This document shows, one piece after another, positions 17,894-27,809 of a stretch of 49,762 nucleotides of DNA. The stretch covers positions 1-49,762 of the forward strand of contig JAZRPO010000075.1 in NCBI GenBank assembly GCA_045649265.1, in the 5' to 3' direction. A program made the position numbers and the translations under genes. Position 1 is the stretch's first letter, and each line of letters begins with the position of its first letter. Source of the DNA: Eubacteriales bacterium. GTDB lineage: Bacteria > Bacillota > Clostridia > Oscillospirales > JAAYXM01. Under the pieces are notes generated by a model that saw only the letters and a list, made by a program, of their open reading frames with translations, had not been told where the DNA came from and ran no database searches.

Positions 17894-20191
17894 ATGCAAC
17901 CAACTTTATGCAGCAGATGCAAGAAAAACCTTGCTGTAATATTTATCACTAAAATGGAGGGTGAAAACTCGGTTAGTGAGGGTATTTGCCTTAAATGTGC
18001 AAGAGAGCTCGGAATCAAGCCTGTGGATGATTTTATGACAAAGCTCGGCATATCTGACGAAGAACTTGATGCCATGACAACCGAAATGATGGGAATGCTG
18101 AATGAAGGCTCTGATAACCTTCCCTCTTTGGCAGACGACGATTCTGACGACAGTGACGGGAAAACGGCTACCTTTCCTTTCCTCAACAAGCTTTTTGGAT
18201 CTATGCCAGCACATCCTGCTGGGGAGACTAATGAAAAAAAGGCTTCTTCTGATACTAATAAGCCGGAGAAAAAACCTGCTAAATACAAACACCTTGACAA
18301 TTTCTGCATTTCGCTCACTGAGCGCGCAAAATCAGGAAAACTCGACCGTATAGTGGGTCGGGAAGCTGAGATTGAGCGTGTCATTCAGATTTTGAATAGG
18401 CGTCAGAAGAACAACCCCTGCCTTATAGGCGAGCCCGGTGTCGGAAAAACTGCAATTGCGGAAGGTCTTGCCATTAAGACGGCAGAGGGAGATGTTCCTG
18501 CAAAGCTTCAGGATAAGGAAATCTATCTTCTTGACCTCACCTCTCTCGTTGCCGGAACACAGTTTCGCGGTCAATTTGAGAGCCGTATGAAGGGGCTTAT
18601 TGATGATATAAAGAAAAAAGGAAATGTAATTCTTGTTATAGACGAAGTGCATAACCTGGTGGGTGCAGGAGATGCAGAAGGCTCAATGAATGCCGCGAAC
18701 ATCTTGAAGCCTGCTCTTTCCCGCGGGGAAATTCAGGTTATCGGTGCAACAACCTTTACGGAATACAGAAAGCACATTGAAAAAGACAGCGCGCTTGAAC
18801 GCCGTTTCCAGACGGTTACGGTCGCCGAGCCGTCTATTGATGAATCTGTTGAAATTATCCGTGGGATTGCTCACTATTATGAAGAGTATCACGGAGTAAA
18901 GATTACTGACAATATTGCAAGGCTTGCAGTAATCCTTTCAGAGCGTTACATTACCGATCGTTTTCTTCCCGATAAGGCGATTGACCTTATTGACGAGGCC
19001 TGCTCAGATTTAAACCTCACAAGCGAGATAATTTGTGAGCGAAATAAAATTCGCAGACAACTTAATGAAATAGAGGCTGAACGGGAAAAGCTGTCAACAG
19101 AAACACCTGATGATGCTTTTGAGCGTTTTGCAAATTTAAAAAGCGATGAATGCAAGCTCCTTGAGAGGCTTTCTGAAATTGATAATACATCGACACCGGA
19201 GCTTTCTATTGAGCATCTTGCCAAGGTTATTGAGCTATGGACAAAAATTCCTGCATCATCAATCCGCGAAACTGAATTCAAGCGTTTATCCGAGCTTGAA
19301 TCCCGTCTTAAGGAAAGAATTGTAGGTCAGGACGAGGCTGTCAAGGCGGTTGCCGCCGCTATAAAGCGGAACAGAGTCGGCATTTCTCCCAAGAGAAAGC
19401 CTGTATCCTTCCTTTTCACAGGCTCGACAGGTGTTGGAAAAACAGAGCTTGTAAAATGTCTCGCTGCCGACCTTTTCAATACGCCTGAATCCCTCATCAG
19501 ACTTGATATGTCTGAGTTCATGGAGAAACACGCGGTATCAAAGCTCATTGGTGCGCCTCCCGGATATGTCGGTTATGATGAAGCAGGCCAGCTTACCGAA
19601 AAAATCCGTAGAAAGCCGTACTCCGTTGTTTTATTCGATGAAATCGAGAAGGCACATCCCGACGTTTTGAACATTCTTCTTCAAATTCTTGATGATGGGC
19701 GCATAACTGATGCCCAAGGGCGTGAAATCAATTTTGAAAATGCTGTTATTGTTATGACCTCAAATGCCGGCAGCCAATTCAAGGGCGGAACAGTAGGCTT
19801 TTCACACTCTGCCTCCGAACAGAATCGTGAGCGCGTGATGAAAGCTCTGTCCGATTTTCTCCGCCCTGAGTTTATCAACCGCATTGACGAAATTGTTGTA
19901 TTTAATCCTCTTTCACGTGACAATTTCAAATCCATTGCGAAAATTATGCTTTCAGATTTGACAGCTTCGCTCTCGGAAAAGCAGATTTCGCTCATGTTTG
20001 ACGATTCGTTGATTGAGTATCTTACTGAAAAATCCTTCTCCGAAAAATACGGAGCAAGAAACCTGCGCCGTACCATTCAGAAGGAGCTTGAAGATGTTAT
20101 TGCAAACCTTATAATCGAGAATTATGAAAGCACCGTTACCTCTTTGGAAATCACGGTTAATGAAGGAGTTCTCAATATAAAGGCAATTTAA
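17894..20191 (+). CDS. Class I Clp/Hsp100 ATPase with N-terminal Zn-finger (ClpE-like)
   Basis: CSRC..CLKC N-terminus; two AAA+ modules ([16 protein letters not shown]); RFLPDKAID; VGF ClpP-binding loop. Confidence 0.9.
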   Translation: MQPTLCSRCKKNLAVIFITKMEGENSVSEGICLKCARELGIKPVDDFMTKLGISDEELDAMTTEMMGMLNEGSDNLPSLADDDSDDSDGKTATFPFLNKLFGSMPAHPAGETNEKKASSDTNKPEKKPAKYKHLDNFCISLTERAKSGKLDRIVGREAEIERVIQILNRRQKNNPCLIGEPGVGKTAIAEGLAIKTAEGDVPAKLQDKEIYLLDLTSLVAGTQFRGQFESRMKGLIDDIKKKGNVILVIDEVHNLVGAGDAEGSMNAANILKPALSRGEIQVIGATTFTEYRKHIEKDSALERRFQTVTVAEPSIDESVEIIRGIAHYYEEYHGVKITDNIARLAVILSERYITDRFLPDKAIDLIDEACSDLNLTSEIICERNKIRRQLNEIEAEREKLSTETPDDAFERFANLKSDECKLLERLSEIDNTSTPELSIEHLAKVIELWTKIPASSIRETEFKRLSELESRLKERIVGQDEAVKAVAAAIKRNRVGISPKRKPVSFLFTGSTGVGKTELVKCLAADLFNTPESLIRLDMSEFMEKHAVSKLIGAPPGYVGYDEAGQLTEKIRRKPYSVVLFDEIEKAHPDVLNILLQILDDGRITDAQGREINFENAVIVMTSNAGSQFKGGTVGFSHSASEQNRERVMKALSDFLRPEFINRIDEIVVFNPLSRDNFKSIAKIMLSDLTASLSEKQISLMFDDSLIEYLTEKSFSEKYGARNLRRTIQKELEDVIANLIIENYESTVTSLEITVNEGVLNIKAI

Positions 20192-20220
20192 AAGCTAATC
20201 TTGCTGATTGGGGTAATGAG

Positions 20221-20559
20221 ATGAACATTCAGATTTACGGCGCTAAAAACTGCTTTGATACAAAAAAAGCCGAACGCTATTTTAAAGAACGAAAAATTAA
20301 ATTTCAATCCATTGACCTTCCTCGTTTCGGGCTTTCTCCCCGAGAGTTTGAGCTTGTAAGGAGTAAGGCTGGTCTTGATGCTATGATTAACAAGAAGGCC
20401 AAGGGATATGCCGATAGCTTTATTGACTATCTTGCAAGCGATACTGCAAAGGTCGAGAAGCTCATGGATAACCCTTCCCTGATTTCAACCCCTATTGTCA
20501 GGAATGGGCGAGACATAACCATTGGTTTTTGCCCCGATATCTGGAAAACCTGGGAATAA
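20221..20559 (+). CDS. ArsC/Spx/YffB family protein
   Basis: IQIYG..NCFDTKKAERYF...NPSLISTPIV.....IGF. Confidence 0.8.
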   Translation: MNIQIYGAKNCFDTKKAERYFKERKIKFQSIDLPRFGLSPREFELVRSKAGLDAMINKKAKGYADSFIDYLASDTAKVEKLMDNPSLISTPIVRNGRDITIGFCPDIWKTWE

Positions 20560-20566
20560 AATCAAT

Positions 20567-20593
20567 TAGCTATCAGCAAAAAGCTGATAGCTA
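20567..20593. other. Intergenic perfect hairpin (terminator or mRNA stabiliser)
   Basis: TAGCTATCAGC-AAAAA-GCTGATAGCTA, with no immediate U tract. Confidence 0.55.
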
Positions 20594-20625
20594 TAGCTTT
20601 GATTAAGTAACGGAGGAATAAGTGA

Positions 20626-21441
20626 ATGAAAGTTTCCTGCGCTGTTTTTGACCTTGACGGAACTCTTTTGACTCCTGAAAACAAAATATCCCAAACTGAT
20701 CTCGAAACAATTCATGCTTTGAGCCGCAACGGAGTTAAGATTATTATTGCAACCGGACGCTCACATCTGCAAATAAAAGAATATATTAATGCGCTTGGGA
20801 TTGCAGACCCTGTTATCACCTGCAACGGAAGCGTTATAATTAATTCTGTTACTAGCGAGGTGATTCATCAGAAATTCTTGCAAGCTGATGATGCACAGGC
20901 CCTGATTTCTGCTCTTGAAGCCGAGGGGCTAGATTACCTTTTTTATACTCCGGATTTTGTTTATCACGCCTATTCAAGCGAGCGTGTAAAGTTCTTTCTC
21001 TCCTATAACGAACGTGCGCCGAAGGAGTTCCACGTTCCCATAAAACTTGTTTCTGACTACCCCAGCGAGGCAGCTTTTGCGAATATTTCAAAAATTCTCG
21101 TGCATGACAATATTGAGAAGATTTATGACCTGGAAAAACGCTTTAACAAGAATGGCACACTTACTCTTGTTTCTTCCGGGCAAGACCTTATTGACGTTAT
21201 GCCGAAGGATACATCAAAAGGCAATGCTATAAAAATTCTTTCCCGCTATCTTAACATTCCCATTTCGGAGATTGTGGCCTTTGGAGACAGCCCCAACGAT
21301 GAGGAGATGCTTCGCTCTGCCGGCTTCTCAGTTGCAATGGGAAATGCAGATGAGAGCATCAAAAAAATCTGCGATTTTGTTACAAAGCGAAATGACGAAA
21401 ATGGCATTACATATGCTTTTTTATCTTTTTTAGGTTTCTGA
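20626..21441 (+). CDS. Cof-type HAD-IIB hydrolase
   Basis: FDLDGTLL, ATGR, SKGNA, AFGDSPNDEEML, AMGNA. Confidence 0.92.
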   Translation: MKVSCAVFDLDGTLLTPENKISQTDLETIHALSRNGVKIIIATGRSHLQIKEYINALGIADPVITCNGSVIINSVTSEVIHQKFLQADDAQALISALEAEGLDYLFYTPDFVYHAYSSERVKFFLSYNERAPKEFHVPIKLVSDYPSEAAFANISKILVHDNIEKIYDLEKRFNKNGTLTLVSSGQDLIDVMPKDTSKGNAIKILSRYLNIPISEIVAFGDSPNDEEMLRSAGFSVAMGNADESIKKICDFVTKRNDENGITYAFLSFLGF

Positions 21442-21446
21442 AAAAT

Positions 21447-21476
21447 AAAGCACGGTATGAATTCATACCGTGCTTT
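21447..21476. terminator. Bidirectional intrinsic terminator
   Basis: AAAGCACGGTATGAA/TTCATACCGTGCTTT palindrome between convergent genes. Confidence 0.85.
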
Positions 21477-21484
21477 TATAGTTT

Positions 21485-21892
21485 TTAGAAAAACTTACGG
21501 ATAGTTTCTGATGCGCTCGCCTGGTCTGCACTGATTGTAATAACAAAATCAATTCCGTGCTCTGTGCCAAAAGACTCTGCCCATTTGAGAAAGTCTTCGG
21601 TTTCATTTATGGAATCACACTTTGAAACCTTGTAAAGACTGTCAATGAAAATCTTTGAAAGGTCAAAGTTTGCAGAATGCATTCCACAAATGAAGGCTTT
21701 GAGATGCTGATAACTCTCGATAAAGTATCCGGAAACATCAACTAAACGAGCCTTGTGGCTTATATCGTATGTAAGCTTTGTACCACGTTCAATGCAAGCA
21801 GCCGTTAAATCCTCAGCTACTGCTTTGTTGGTAAGCTCAATAATCTGTTTTGTTTTTCCTTGACCCTGGAGCCCCATAATCACACGAACCAT
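21485..21892 (-). CDS. Small P-loop protein of unknown function, clostridial type
   Basis: 135 aa; GLQGQGKT Walker A and KIFIDS Walker B-like motif. AAGGAG RBS. Confidence 0.75.
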   Translation of the reverse strand: MVRVIMGLQGQGKTKQIIELTNKAVAEDLTAACIERGTKLTYDISHKARLVDVSGYFIESYQHLKAFICGMHSANFDLSKIFIDSLYKVSKCDSINETEDFLKWAESFGTEHGIDFVITISADQASASETIRKFF

Positions 21893-21982
21893 AATTCACT
21901 CCTTACTCCGCAAGCGCGGTCCTCGCTTTCACGGCAAGCGATTGCCGAATTTCAGCTGAAACAGCTGAGACTTTCTATATAT

Positions 21983-22011
21983 ATAATAACATATTCTTTT
22001 AAAAACCTCAA
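21983..22011 (-). promoter_or_regulatory. SigA-type promoter of the small P-loop gene
   Basis: TTGAGG-17-TATTAT with extended TG. Confidence 0.5.
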
Positions 22012-22028
22012 TGGGTATTTATATAAAT

Positions 22029-23360
22029 TTATTTCTTTTTTAAGATTTCTTTTCTGAGCTCCTCATAACCCGTCTTTCCAAGAAGCGCGAACATATTTTT
22101 CTTATATGCCTCCACTCCCGGCTGGTCAAATGGGTTTACGCCGAGAACATAGCCCGAAAGCCCGCACGCAAACTCAAAGAAATAGACCATATATCCAAAA
22201 CTTTCTTCTGTTGAGTCGGAAATCTCGATGCACATATTCGGAACTCCACCCGCCTCGTGAGCAACAGATGTCCCTAAATGCGCGTTTCCATTTATAAAAC
22301 CAATCGTTTTTCCGGCAAGATAATTGAGACCGTCAAAGTCATTGTCACTTTCAGGAACCACTATATCCTTCTGATGTTTGCCTATTGAAACAAAGGTTTC
22401 CTGAAGAATGCGCTCGCCATCTTGAATATATTGTCCCATAGAGTGAAGGTCTGTTGTAAGCTCTACGGATGCCGGGAAAATTCCAACGCCGTTTTTGCCC
22501 TCACTTTCGCCAAAAAGCTGCTTCCACCACTCTGCCATATATCTGAACTTCGGGTCAAAACATGAGAGAACCTCTATTTTCTTTCCTTTTTCATACATAA
22601 GGTTTCTCGCCCCTGCATAAACCCATGCAGGATTCTCAAAACTCTTTTTATTCAAAATCTCCATTTTCGCTTTCTTTGAACCTGAAATTACCGCATCAAT
22701 GTCGATTCCTGCCGCCGACATAGGCAGAAGCCCTACAGGGGTCAGGACTGAATACCTGCCTCCGACATCATCAGGAATAACAAAAGTTTCATAACCTTCG
22801 TTGTCCGCCAATGCTTTGAGCGCACCACGGGTTTTATCAGTTGTCACATAGATTCTTTTTTTTGCACCTTCTTTGCCATACTTCTTCTCTGCGATATCCT
22901 TGAATACGCGAAAAGCTACGGCCGGCTCTGTTGTAGTTCCTGACTTTGAAATGACGTTTATTGAAAAATCCCGGTCGCCTAAAATATCGACTATTTCATT
23001 TATATAATCCGAGCTTAAATTGTTTCCTACAAAATAAATTTCAGGCACGCCTTTGGCATGCTGATTAGCGAATCGCCCTTTTACAAACTCTATAGCTGCT
23101 CGAGCTCCAAGATATGAACCGCCGATACCTATGACAAGAAGGACTTCAGAATCACTTTTAATTTTATCCGCAATTTTCTTAACACGCGCAAGTTCACTCT
23201 CGTCAATATTGTCCGGCAGATCAATCCAACCGAGAAAGTCAGACCCTTCCCCGGATTTTTTCATAAGTGTATCATGTGCCCTCTCAAGGCGGGGTAAAAT
23301 AGAATCAAACTCTTCCTTTGAAACAGTGTTTGCAATTCTTTGTACGTTTATAGTAATCAT
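22029..23360 (-). CDS. pgi: Glucose-6-phosphate isomerase
   Basis: GIGGSYLG, SKSGTTTE, GGRYSV, QLFGESEGK, DLHSMGQ, NPFDQPGVEAYK. Start placed at ATG 23360 after GGAGAG. Confidence 0.96.
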   Translation of the reverse strand: MITINVQRIANTVSKEEFDSILPRLERAHDTLMKKSGEGSDFLGWIDLPDNIDESELARVKKIADKIKSDSEVLLVIGIGGSYLGARAAIEFVKGRFANQHAKGVPEIYFVGNNLSSDYINEIVDILGDRDFSINVISKSGTTTEPAVAFRVFKDIAEKKYGKEGAKKRIYVTTDKTRGALKALADNEGYETFVIPDDVGGRYSVLTPVGLLPMSAAGIDIDAVISGSKKAKMEILNKKSFENPAWVYAGARNLMYEKGKKIEVLSCFDPKFRYMAEWWKQLFGESEGKNGVGIFPASVELTTDLHSMGQYIQDGERILQETFVSIGKHQKDIVVPESDNDFDGLNYLAGKTIGFINGNAHLGTSVAHEAGGVPNMCIEISDSTEESFGYMVYFFEFACGLSGYVLGVNPFDQPGVEAYKKNMFALLGKTGYEELRKEILKKK

Positions 23361-23479
23361 AACTTTTCTCTCCATTCAAATTAGAATTGCTCAGCTTATT
23401 AACAGTTTGTTCACCAACTGTTTTTCTTTTGTTTACAGTTCGTCTACTATTTTTCCGTTTCTTAATGATATAATACAGA

Positions 23480-23557
23480 TACACACTTAAACAATCCCCA
23501 TACTCATCCCCCTGAACAAGGTTTGCGAAAATTTTCGTGGGCCTTGTTCTCTTTTAT
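23480..23557 (+). ncRNA. Candidate C-rich small RNA, antisense to the flanking genes
   Basis: TGaTATAAT at 23466-23474; two UCCCC motifs; 16-bp hairpin at 23514-23549 with four G-U pairs that form only in plus-strand RNA; followed by UCUUUUAUU. Confidence 0.5.
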
Positions 23558-23590
23558 TATATCACCTTTTGCAAAAATAAATTACCATTG

Positions 23591-23626
23591 AAAAGAATTC
23601 TGCAATTAAAATTGCAGAATTCTTTT
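23591..23626. terminator. Intrinsic terminator of mreB/mbl
   Basis: AAAAGAATTCTGCAAT-TAAA-ATTGCAGAATTCTTTT. Confidence 0.8.
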
Positions 23627-23633
23627 TATAGCT

Positions 23634-24665
23634 TTAGGATAAGATTTGTCTTCTTCTTGAAAGATTGAGTGTTCCGTCCTGCATCGAGCCAAGGTCATCA
23701 AGTGTTTTTCCCGTACCATAAACAACGCAGGAAACAGCTTCATCCGCAACACGGGTATCAATTCCAGTCTTTGACTGAATAAGCTCTGCAAAGCCCCATA
23801 CAAGAGCTCCACCGCCTGTAAGAACAATACCGTTTGTGGAAATATCACCGACAAGCTCCGGTGGAGTGCGCTCAAGCACATTGTGGATAGACTCAACGAT
23901 TCTTGTTGCCGGTTCTTCAAGAGCTTCAAACATTTCGCTTGATGTAACCGTAAATATTCTCGGAAGCCCTGTCATAAGGCAACGCCCTTTAATTTCCATA
24001 GATATTTCCTCCGGACGCGGGAAAACGCAGCCGATGTTGATTTTGAGCTCTTCCGCAGTACGCTCGCCTATAAGCACATTGTGCTTACGGCGTATGTACT
24101 TGACGATATATTCATCGAAGTGGTCGCCCGCAATTTTGATAGAAGAAGATTCTACTATATTGGAAAGAGAGATTACGGCTATGTCGGTAGTGCCACCGCC
24201 GATATCTATAACCATGTTTCCGTCCGGCTCGTCAATCTTGATGCCTGCACCTATTGCTGCAGCGATTGGCTCTTCAATAAGATAAACTGCTCTCGCGCCT
24301 GCCTGACGGCCCGCATCTATGACGGCACGCTCTTCTACTTCTGTTATTCCGCTCGGAACACAGATAACTACTCTCGGCTTTATGATGCTGAATCCACCCA
24401 TAACACGGCGAATGAAGTTCTTTATCATATGCTCAGTCATCTCATAGTCAGAAATGACACCGCCTCGGAGAGGACGAATAGCGATAATGTTGCCGGGAGT
24501 TCTGCCGAGCATTTTTTGAGCTTCAAGCCCGACCTTCAAAACCTTGTCTGTTGTTTTATCTACTGCGACAACCGATGGTTCACGAAGAACAATCCCCTTC
24601 CCCTTAACATAAACGAGAATGGAAGCTGTTCCTAAATCGATTCCTATGTCTCTGCTGAATACCAT
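23634..24665 (-). CDS. mreB: MreB/Mbl rod shape-determining actin-like ATPase
   Basis: IGIDLGT, EPSVVA, IDIGGGTTD, LTGGGAL. Could be the mbl paralogue. Confidence 0.9.
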   Translation of the reverse strand: MVFSRDIGIDLGTASILVYVKGKGIVLREPSVVAVDKTTDKVLKVGLEAQKMLGRTPGNIIAIRPLRGGVISDYEMTEHMIKNFIRRVMGGFSIIKPRVVICVPSGITEVEERAVIDAGRQAGARAVYLIEEPIAAAIGAGIKIDEPDGNMVIDIGGGTTDIAVISLSNIVESSSIKIAGDHFDEYIVKYIRRKHNVLIGERTAEELKINIGCVFPRPEEISMEIKGRCLMTGLPRIFTVTSSEMFEALEEPATRIVESIHNVLERTPPELVGDISTNGIVLTGGGALVWGFAELIQSKTGIDTRVADEAVSCVVYGTGKTLDDLGSMQDGTLNLSRRRQILS

Positions 24666-24698
24666 TGTATTACCACCTCAATTTTTATTCATAAGTAT

Positions 24699-24726
24699 AT
24701 TATACCCTATTTTGCAAATTTTTCAA
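24699..24726 (-). promoter_or_regulatory. SigA-type promoter of mreB/mbl
   Basis: TTGAAA-16-TATAAT. Confidence 0.5.
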
Positions 24727-25385
24727 TTCTTTTTTCTGTTTCTCGTCTTTGCAACCGTAACTATATAAACCTTTTCCGCTCCTGCCGTTTTCAGAATGCG
24801 CGCACATTCGCTGACGGTGCTTCCCGATGTGAGAATATCATCAATTAAGATAATTCGCTTTCCCGACGGATTAAACGAAGCTGTATCATAAGCACCAAGG
24901 ATATTTGCCATTCTTTTTGAAATATCCGGCTGGCGTGATTGCGGGGCTGTATCGCGGATTTTTACAAGAGTCCTTACAGCTTGCGTTCCAATCCGTTTTG
25001 CCGTTTCATCTGCAAGAAGATGAGCCTGGTCATATCCTCGGCTTCGGAGCCTGCGCCTGCTGAGCGGAACCCACGAAATTATGTCATACTGCTCGTCAAG
25101 ACATTCTCGGATGCATTCTTCAAGATAAACTGCAAAATCAACCGAATATTTGGAAAGTCCTCCGAATTTATATCTTATAAGCGCGTTTCTGACATCTGCC
25201 TCATAGTGAAAATACGAATATACGCCATCCACAAACATAATGGGCTCGTTTGATTGTTTTGCACTTCTGTACGGTAGAATTGCTTTACACTTATCACAAA
25301 CGCCGTCTTTATCCATAACCCTGCGACAGAATACGCATTTCGGAGGAAAAATGTATTTACTTATAAAGTCGCGAAAGCTCACCAA
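24723..25385 (-). CDS. comF: ComF family protein (Zn-finger + phosphoribosyltransferase domain)
   Basis: FPPKCVFC..CDKC, RGYDQA, ILIDDILTSGST. Confidence 0.88.
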   Translation of the reverse strand: MVSFRDFISKYIFPPKCVFCRRVMDKDGVCDKCKAILPYRSAKQSNEPIMFVDGVYSYFHYEADVRNALIRYKFGGLSKYSVDFAVYLEECIRECLDEQYDIISWVPLSRRRLRSRGYDQAHLLADETAKRIGTQAVRTLVKIRDTAPQSRQPDISKRMANILGAYDTASFNPSGKRIILIDDILTSGSTVSECARILKTAGAEKVYIVTVAKTRNRKKN

Positions 25386-25393
25386 ACCACCAC

Positions 25394-27601
25394 CTAATTC
25401 AATAATTGCAGAATTCTCGATCGCAGTGCGCTATATCTGTTTCTCTGCTTTTTGTTCTTTACCATATATTCTATTACACCAAAATCGCCGACCATTACCA
25501 AAAGCTCTCTCGCGCGCGTCATCGCAGTATATAAAACGCTTCGGTGCAAAAGTGCAGGCGCACTGTTCCCTGCTACAAAAACGACAGCGCGAAACTCGCT
25601 GCCCTGTGACTTGTGGACCGTCATGGCATATGCAAGCTCGAGTTCATGAAGCCCTGAGAACGGATAATGGACAAGCTTTGAGTCAAAATTTACGGTAAGT
25701 GTTTCATCCCGAGTATCTATGCTTATTATTTCCCCTATGTCCCCATTAAAAACACCATATCCTACTTCGCCGCCGTACATACTATACCAAGCAGTGGTGT
25801 AGTTGTTTTTCACCTGCATAACCCTATCTCCCAGACGGAAGATGTTGTCACCTATTTTCTTTTCGTCTTTCCCTTCCGCAGGCGGATTCAGCTCTGCCTG
25901 AAGCCTGCGATTTAACTCAAACGTACCGATTTCTCCTTTTCTGCTGACCGAAAGCACCTGAATCTGAGACGGCGGAATCTTCATATTTTCAGGAAGCCGG
26001 GTCTTGCAGAGTTCGAGCACGGTTTTGACGATATTCGCATCTGCATTTCTTTTCAAAAAGAACAGGTCATTATCGTTTTTTGAAAAATTCGGAAGCTCTC
26101 CGCAGTTTACTGCGTGTGCGCCGACTATTATATCGCTCTCTGCTGCCTGTCTGAAAATATGAGAGAGACGAATAGTAGGAAAACTTTCTGAGTTTAAAAG
26201 GTCATTAAAAACGTTTCCCGGCCCCACAGACGGCAGCTGGTCTGAATCGCCCACAAGAATCAGCTTGCATTTTGCGGGAAGTGCACGAAGCGTTGCTGCA
26301 AGAAGATAAACATCAACCATGGACATTTCATCAATAATAAGAACATCTGTTTGAAGAGGATTATCTTTGTTTCTCGAAAAAACAGGCTCAACCGCTCCGT
26401 CCTCATAACATATTTCAAGAAGACGATGGATTGTTTTCGCCTCAATCTTGCAGAACTCGCTCATTCTTTTTGCCGCACGTCCCGTAGGCGCCGCAAGCAT
26501 AACGCGCAGCTTCATTTTATCAAATGCAGAGAGCATCCCGCGAATGACCGTCGTTTTTCCTGTTCCGGGACCACCTGTAAGAAGCATCACGGAATTATTG
26601 ACTGCCATTTCAATAGCGTTTTTCTGCATGGATTCAAATTCTATACCGCTCTCAGCTTCAGCTCTCATTATCAGCTCATCACAAGGAACATTCTTCCTGT
26701 CATTTCTCAGACACATTGCCGAAAGCTTTTTTGCGATAAAGGTTTCATCATCGTACAGAGAGGAAAGATAGCACGCATTAACGCCGCAGATTTCCTCTGA
26801 AATAATCTCCCCGGCTTCAATTAGCTTTGATACGGTTTCCTCTATATCTTCGTCTGAGAGATTGAGAAGCTTTGCTGTTGCAAAGCAGAGCTTGTTTCTC
26901 GGGAGAAACACATGCCCCGAATCTGAGTTGAATCTGAGCTCATATAAGACAGCCGCAGTAATCCTTTCTCCTGAATCTCCCTCAAACCCCATATTGAGAG
27001 CAAGCCTGTCCGCTTTATAAAACGGCACTCCAATATCTGCCCCCGAGAGAATATAGGGATTATCACGCACGGCCGATATCGCGTTCTTGCCGTAACTGTG
27101 AAACAGAGCAACCGCAATCTCAGGCTCAAGCCCGTTTTCATTAAGAAACTCCATAAGCAGCATTAAAGCATTCTGCATTTCAAATTGCCGGCCTATTTGT
27201 TCAGCTTTCTTCGCCGTAATACCCACAACCTCACACAGACGCTTCGGATATCTGTCAATTATATAAAGGCTATCATCACCAAAAAGCTCAACTATTTTCT
27301 CAGCAGTTTTTCTGCCGATGCCACGAATGGTACCTGACGAAAGATATTCAAGAATAAGTCCCGATGATGTAGGGAGAGTTCTGTGGAACGAAGATATTTT
27401 GAATTGCTGACCGTAGGAATTGTGATTAGTCCACTCTCCGCTCGCTTCTATGTATTCCCCTATCCCTGCAAAAGGCACACATCCAACTGCGGTAATTTCG
27501 CTGCCGGATTCATCTGTTAACTTCAAGACGGCATAGCCTGTATCATCGTTTTTGAATATGACGGACTCTACTACACCTGCAATGTTTATTTCCTCAACCA
27601 T
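25394..27601 (-). CDS. recD2: ATP-dependent RecD-like DNA helicase
   Basis: N-terminal OB/HhH region, TGGPGTGKT, APTGRAA, DEMSM, AYAMTVHKSQGSEF, YTAMTRA. Confidence 0.94.
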   Translation of the reverse strand: MVEEINIAGVVESVIFKNDDTGYAVLKLTDESGSEITAVGCVPFAGIGEYIEASGEWTNHNSYGQQFKISSFHRTLPTSSGLILEYLSSGTIRGIGRKTAEKIVELFGDDSLYIIDRYPKRLCEVVGITAKKAEQIGRQFEMQNALMLLMEFLNENGLEPEIAVALFHSYGKNAISAVRDNPYILSGADIGVPFYKADRLALNMGFEGDSGERITAAVLYELRFNSDSGHVFLPRNKLCFATAKLLNLSDEDIEETVSKLIEAGEIISEEICGVNACYLSSLYDDETFIAKKLSAMCLRNDRKNVPCDELIMRAEAESGIEFESMQKNAIEMAVNNSVMLLTGGPGTGKTTVIRGMLSAFDKMKLRVMLAAPTGRAAKRMSEFCKIEAKTIHRLLEICYEDGAVEPVFSRNKDNPLQTDVLIIDEMSMVDVYLLAATLRALPAKCKLILVGDSDQLPSVGPGNVFNDLLNSESFPTIRLSHIFRQAAESDIIVGAHAVNCGELPNFSKNDNDLFFLKRNADANIVKTVLELCKTRLPENMKIPPSQIQVLSVSRKGEIGTFELNRRLQAELNPPAEGKDEKKIGDNIFRLGDRVMQVKNNYTTAWYSMYGGEVGYGVFNGDIGEIISIDTRDETLTVNFDSKLVHYPFSGLHELELAYAMTVHKSQGSEFRAVVFVAGNSAPALLHRSVLYTAMTRARELLVMVGDFGVIEYMVKNKKQRNRYSALRSRILQLLN

Positions 27602-27603
27602 TG

Positions 27604-27771
27604 TTATTCCTCTCGGTCTATTTTTTTAATCTCACCACACAGATTTTCGAACGTAAATACCTCTGTGCCATTTGATAAAAAAATACAATAAAACGAAAAT
27701 CCTAGAATATATATTATAGCAAATGCAGAAAATAACGCGAAAGCCGCATCCAATACCAGCGAAATCAGCAT
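27604..27771 (-). CDS. Small hypothetical membrane protein (55 aa)
   Basis: GGAGGT-8 nt-ATG; one long hydrophobic stretch; ends 2 nt before the recD2 start. Confidence 0.55.
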   Translation of the reverse strand: MLISLVLDAAFALFSAFAIIYILGFSFYCIFLSNGTEVFTFENLCGEIKKIDREE

Positions 27772-27809
27772 ATAGCTACACCTCCGCAGTATTTTATGCA
27801 AACGTGTCG

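Noticed and set aside
23487-23507. Minus-strand mini-ORF (M-S-M-G-I-V-stop) after AGGGGG upstream of pgi
   Set aside because: It is only 4-6 codons with no informative content, and is better explained as the complement of the C-rich tract of the plus-strand RNA candidate.
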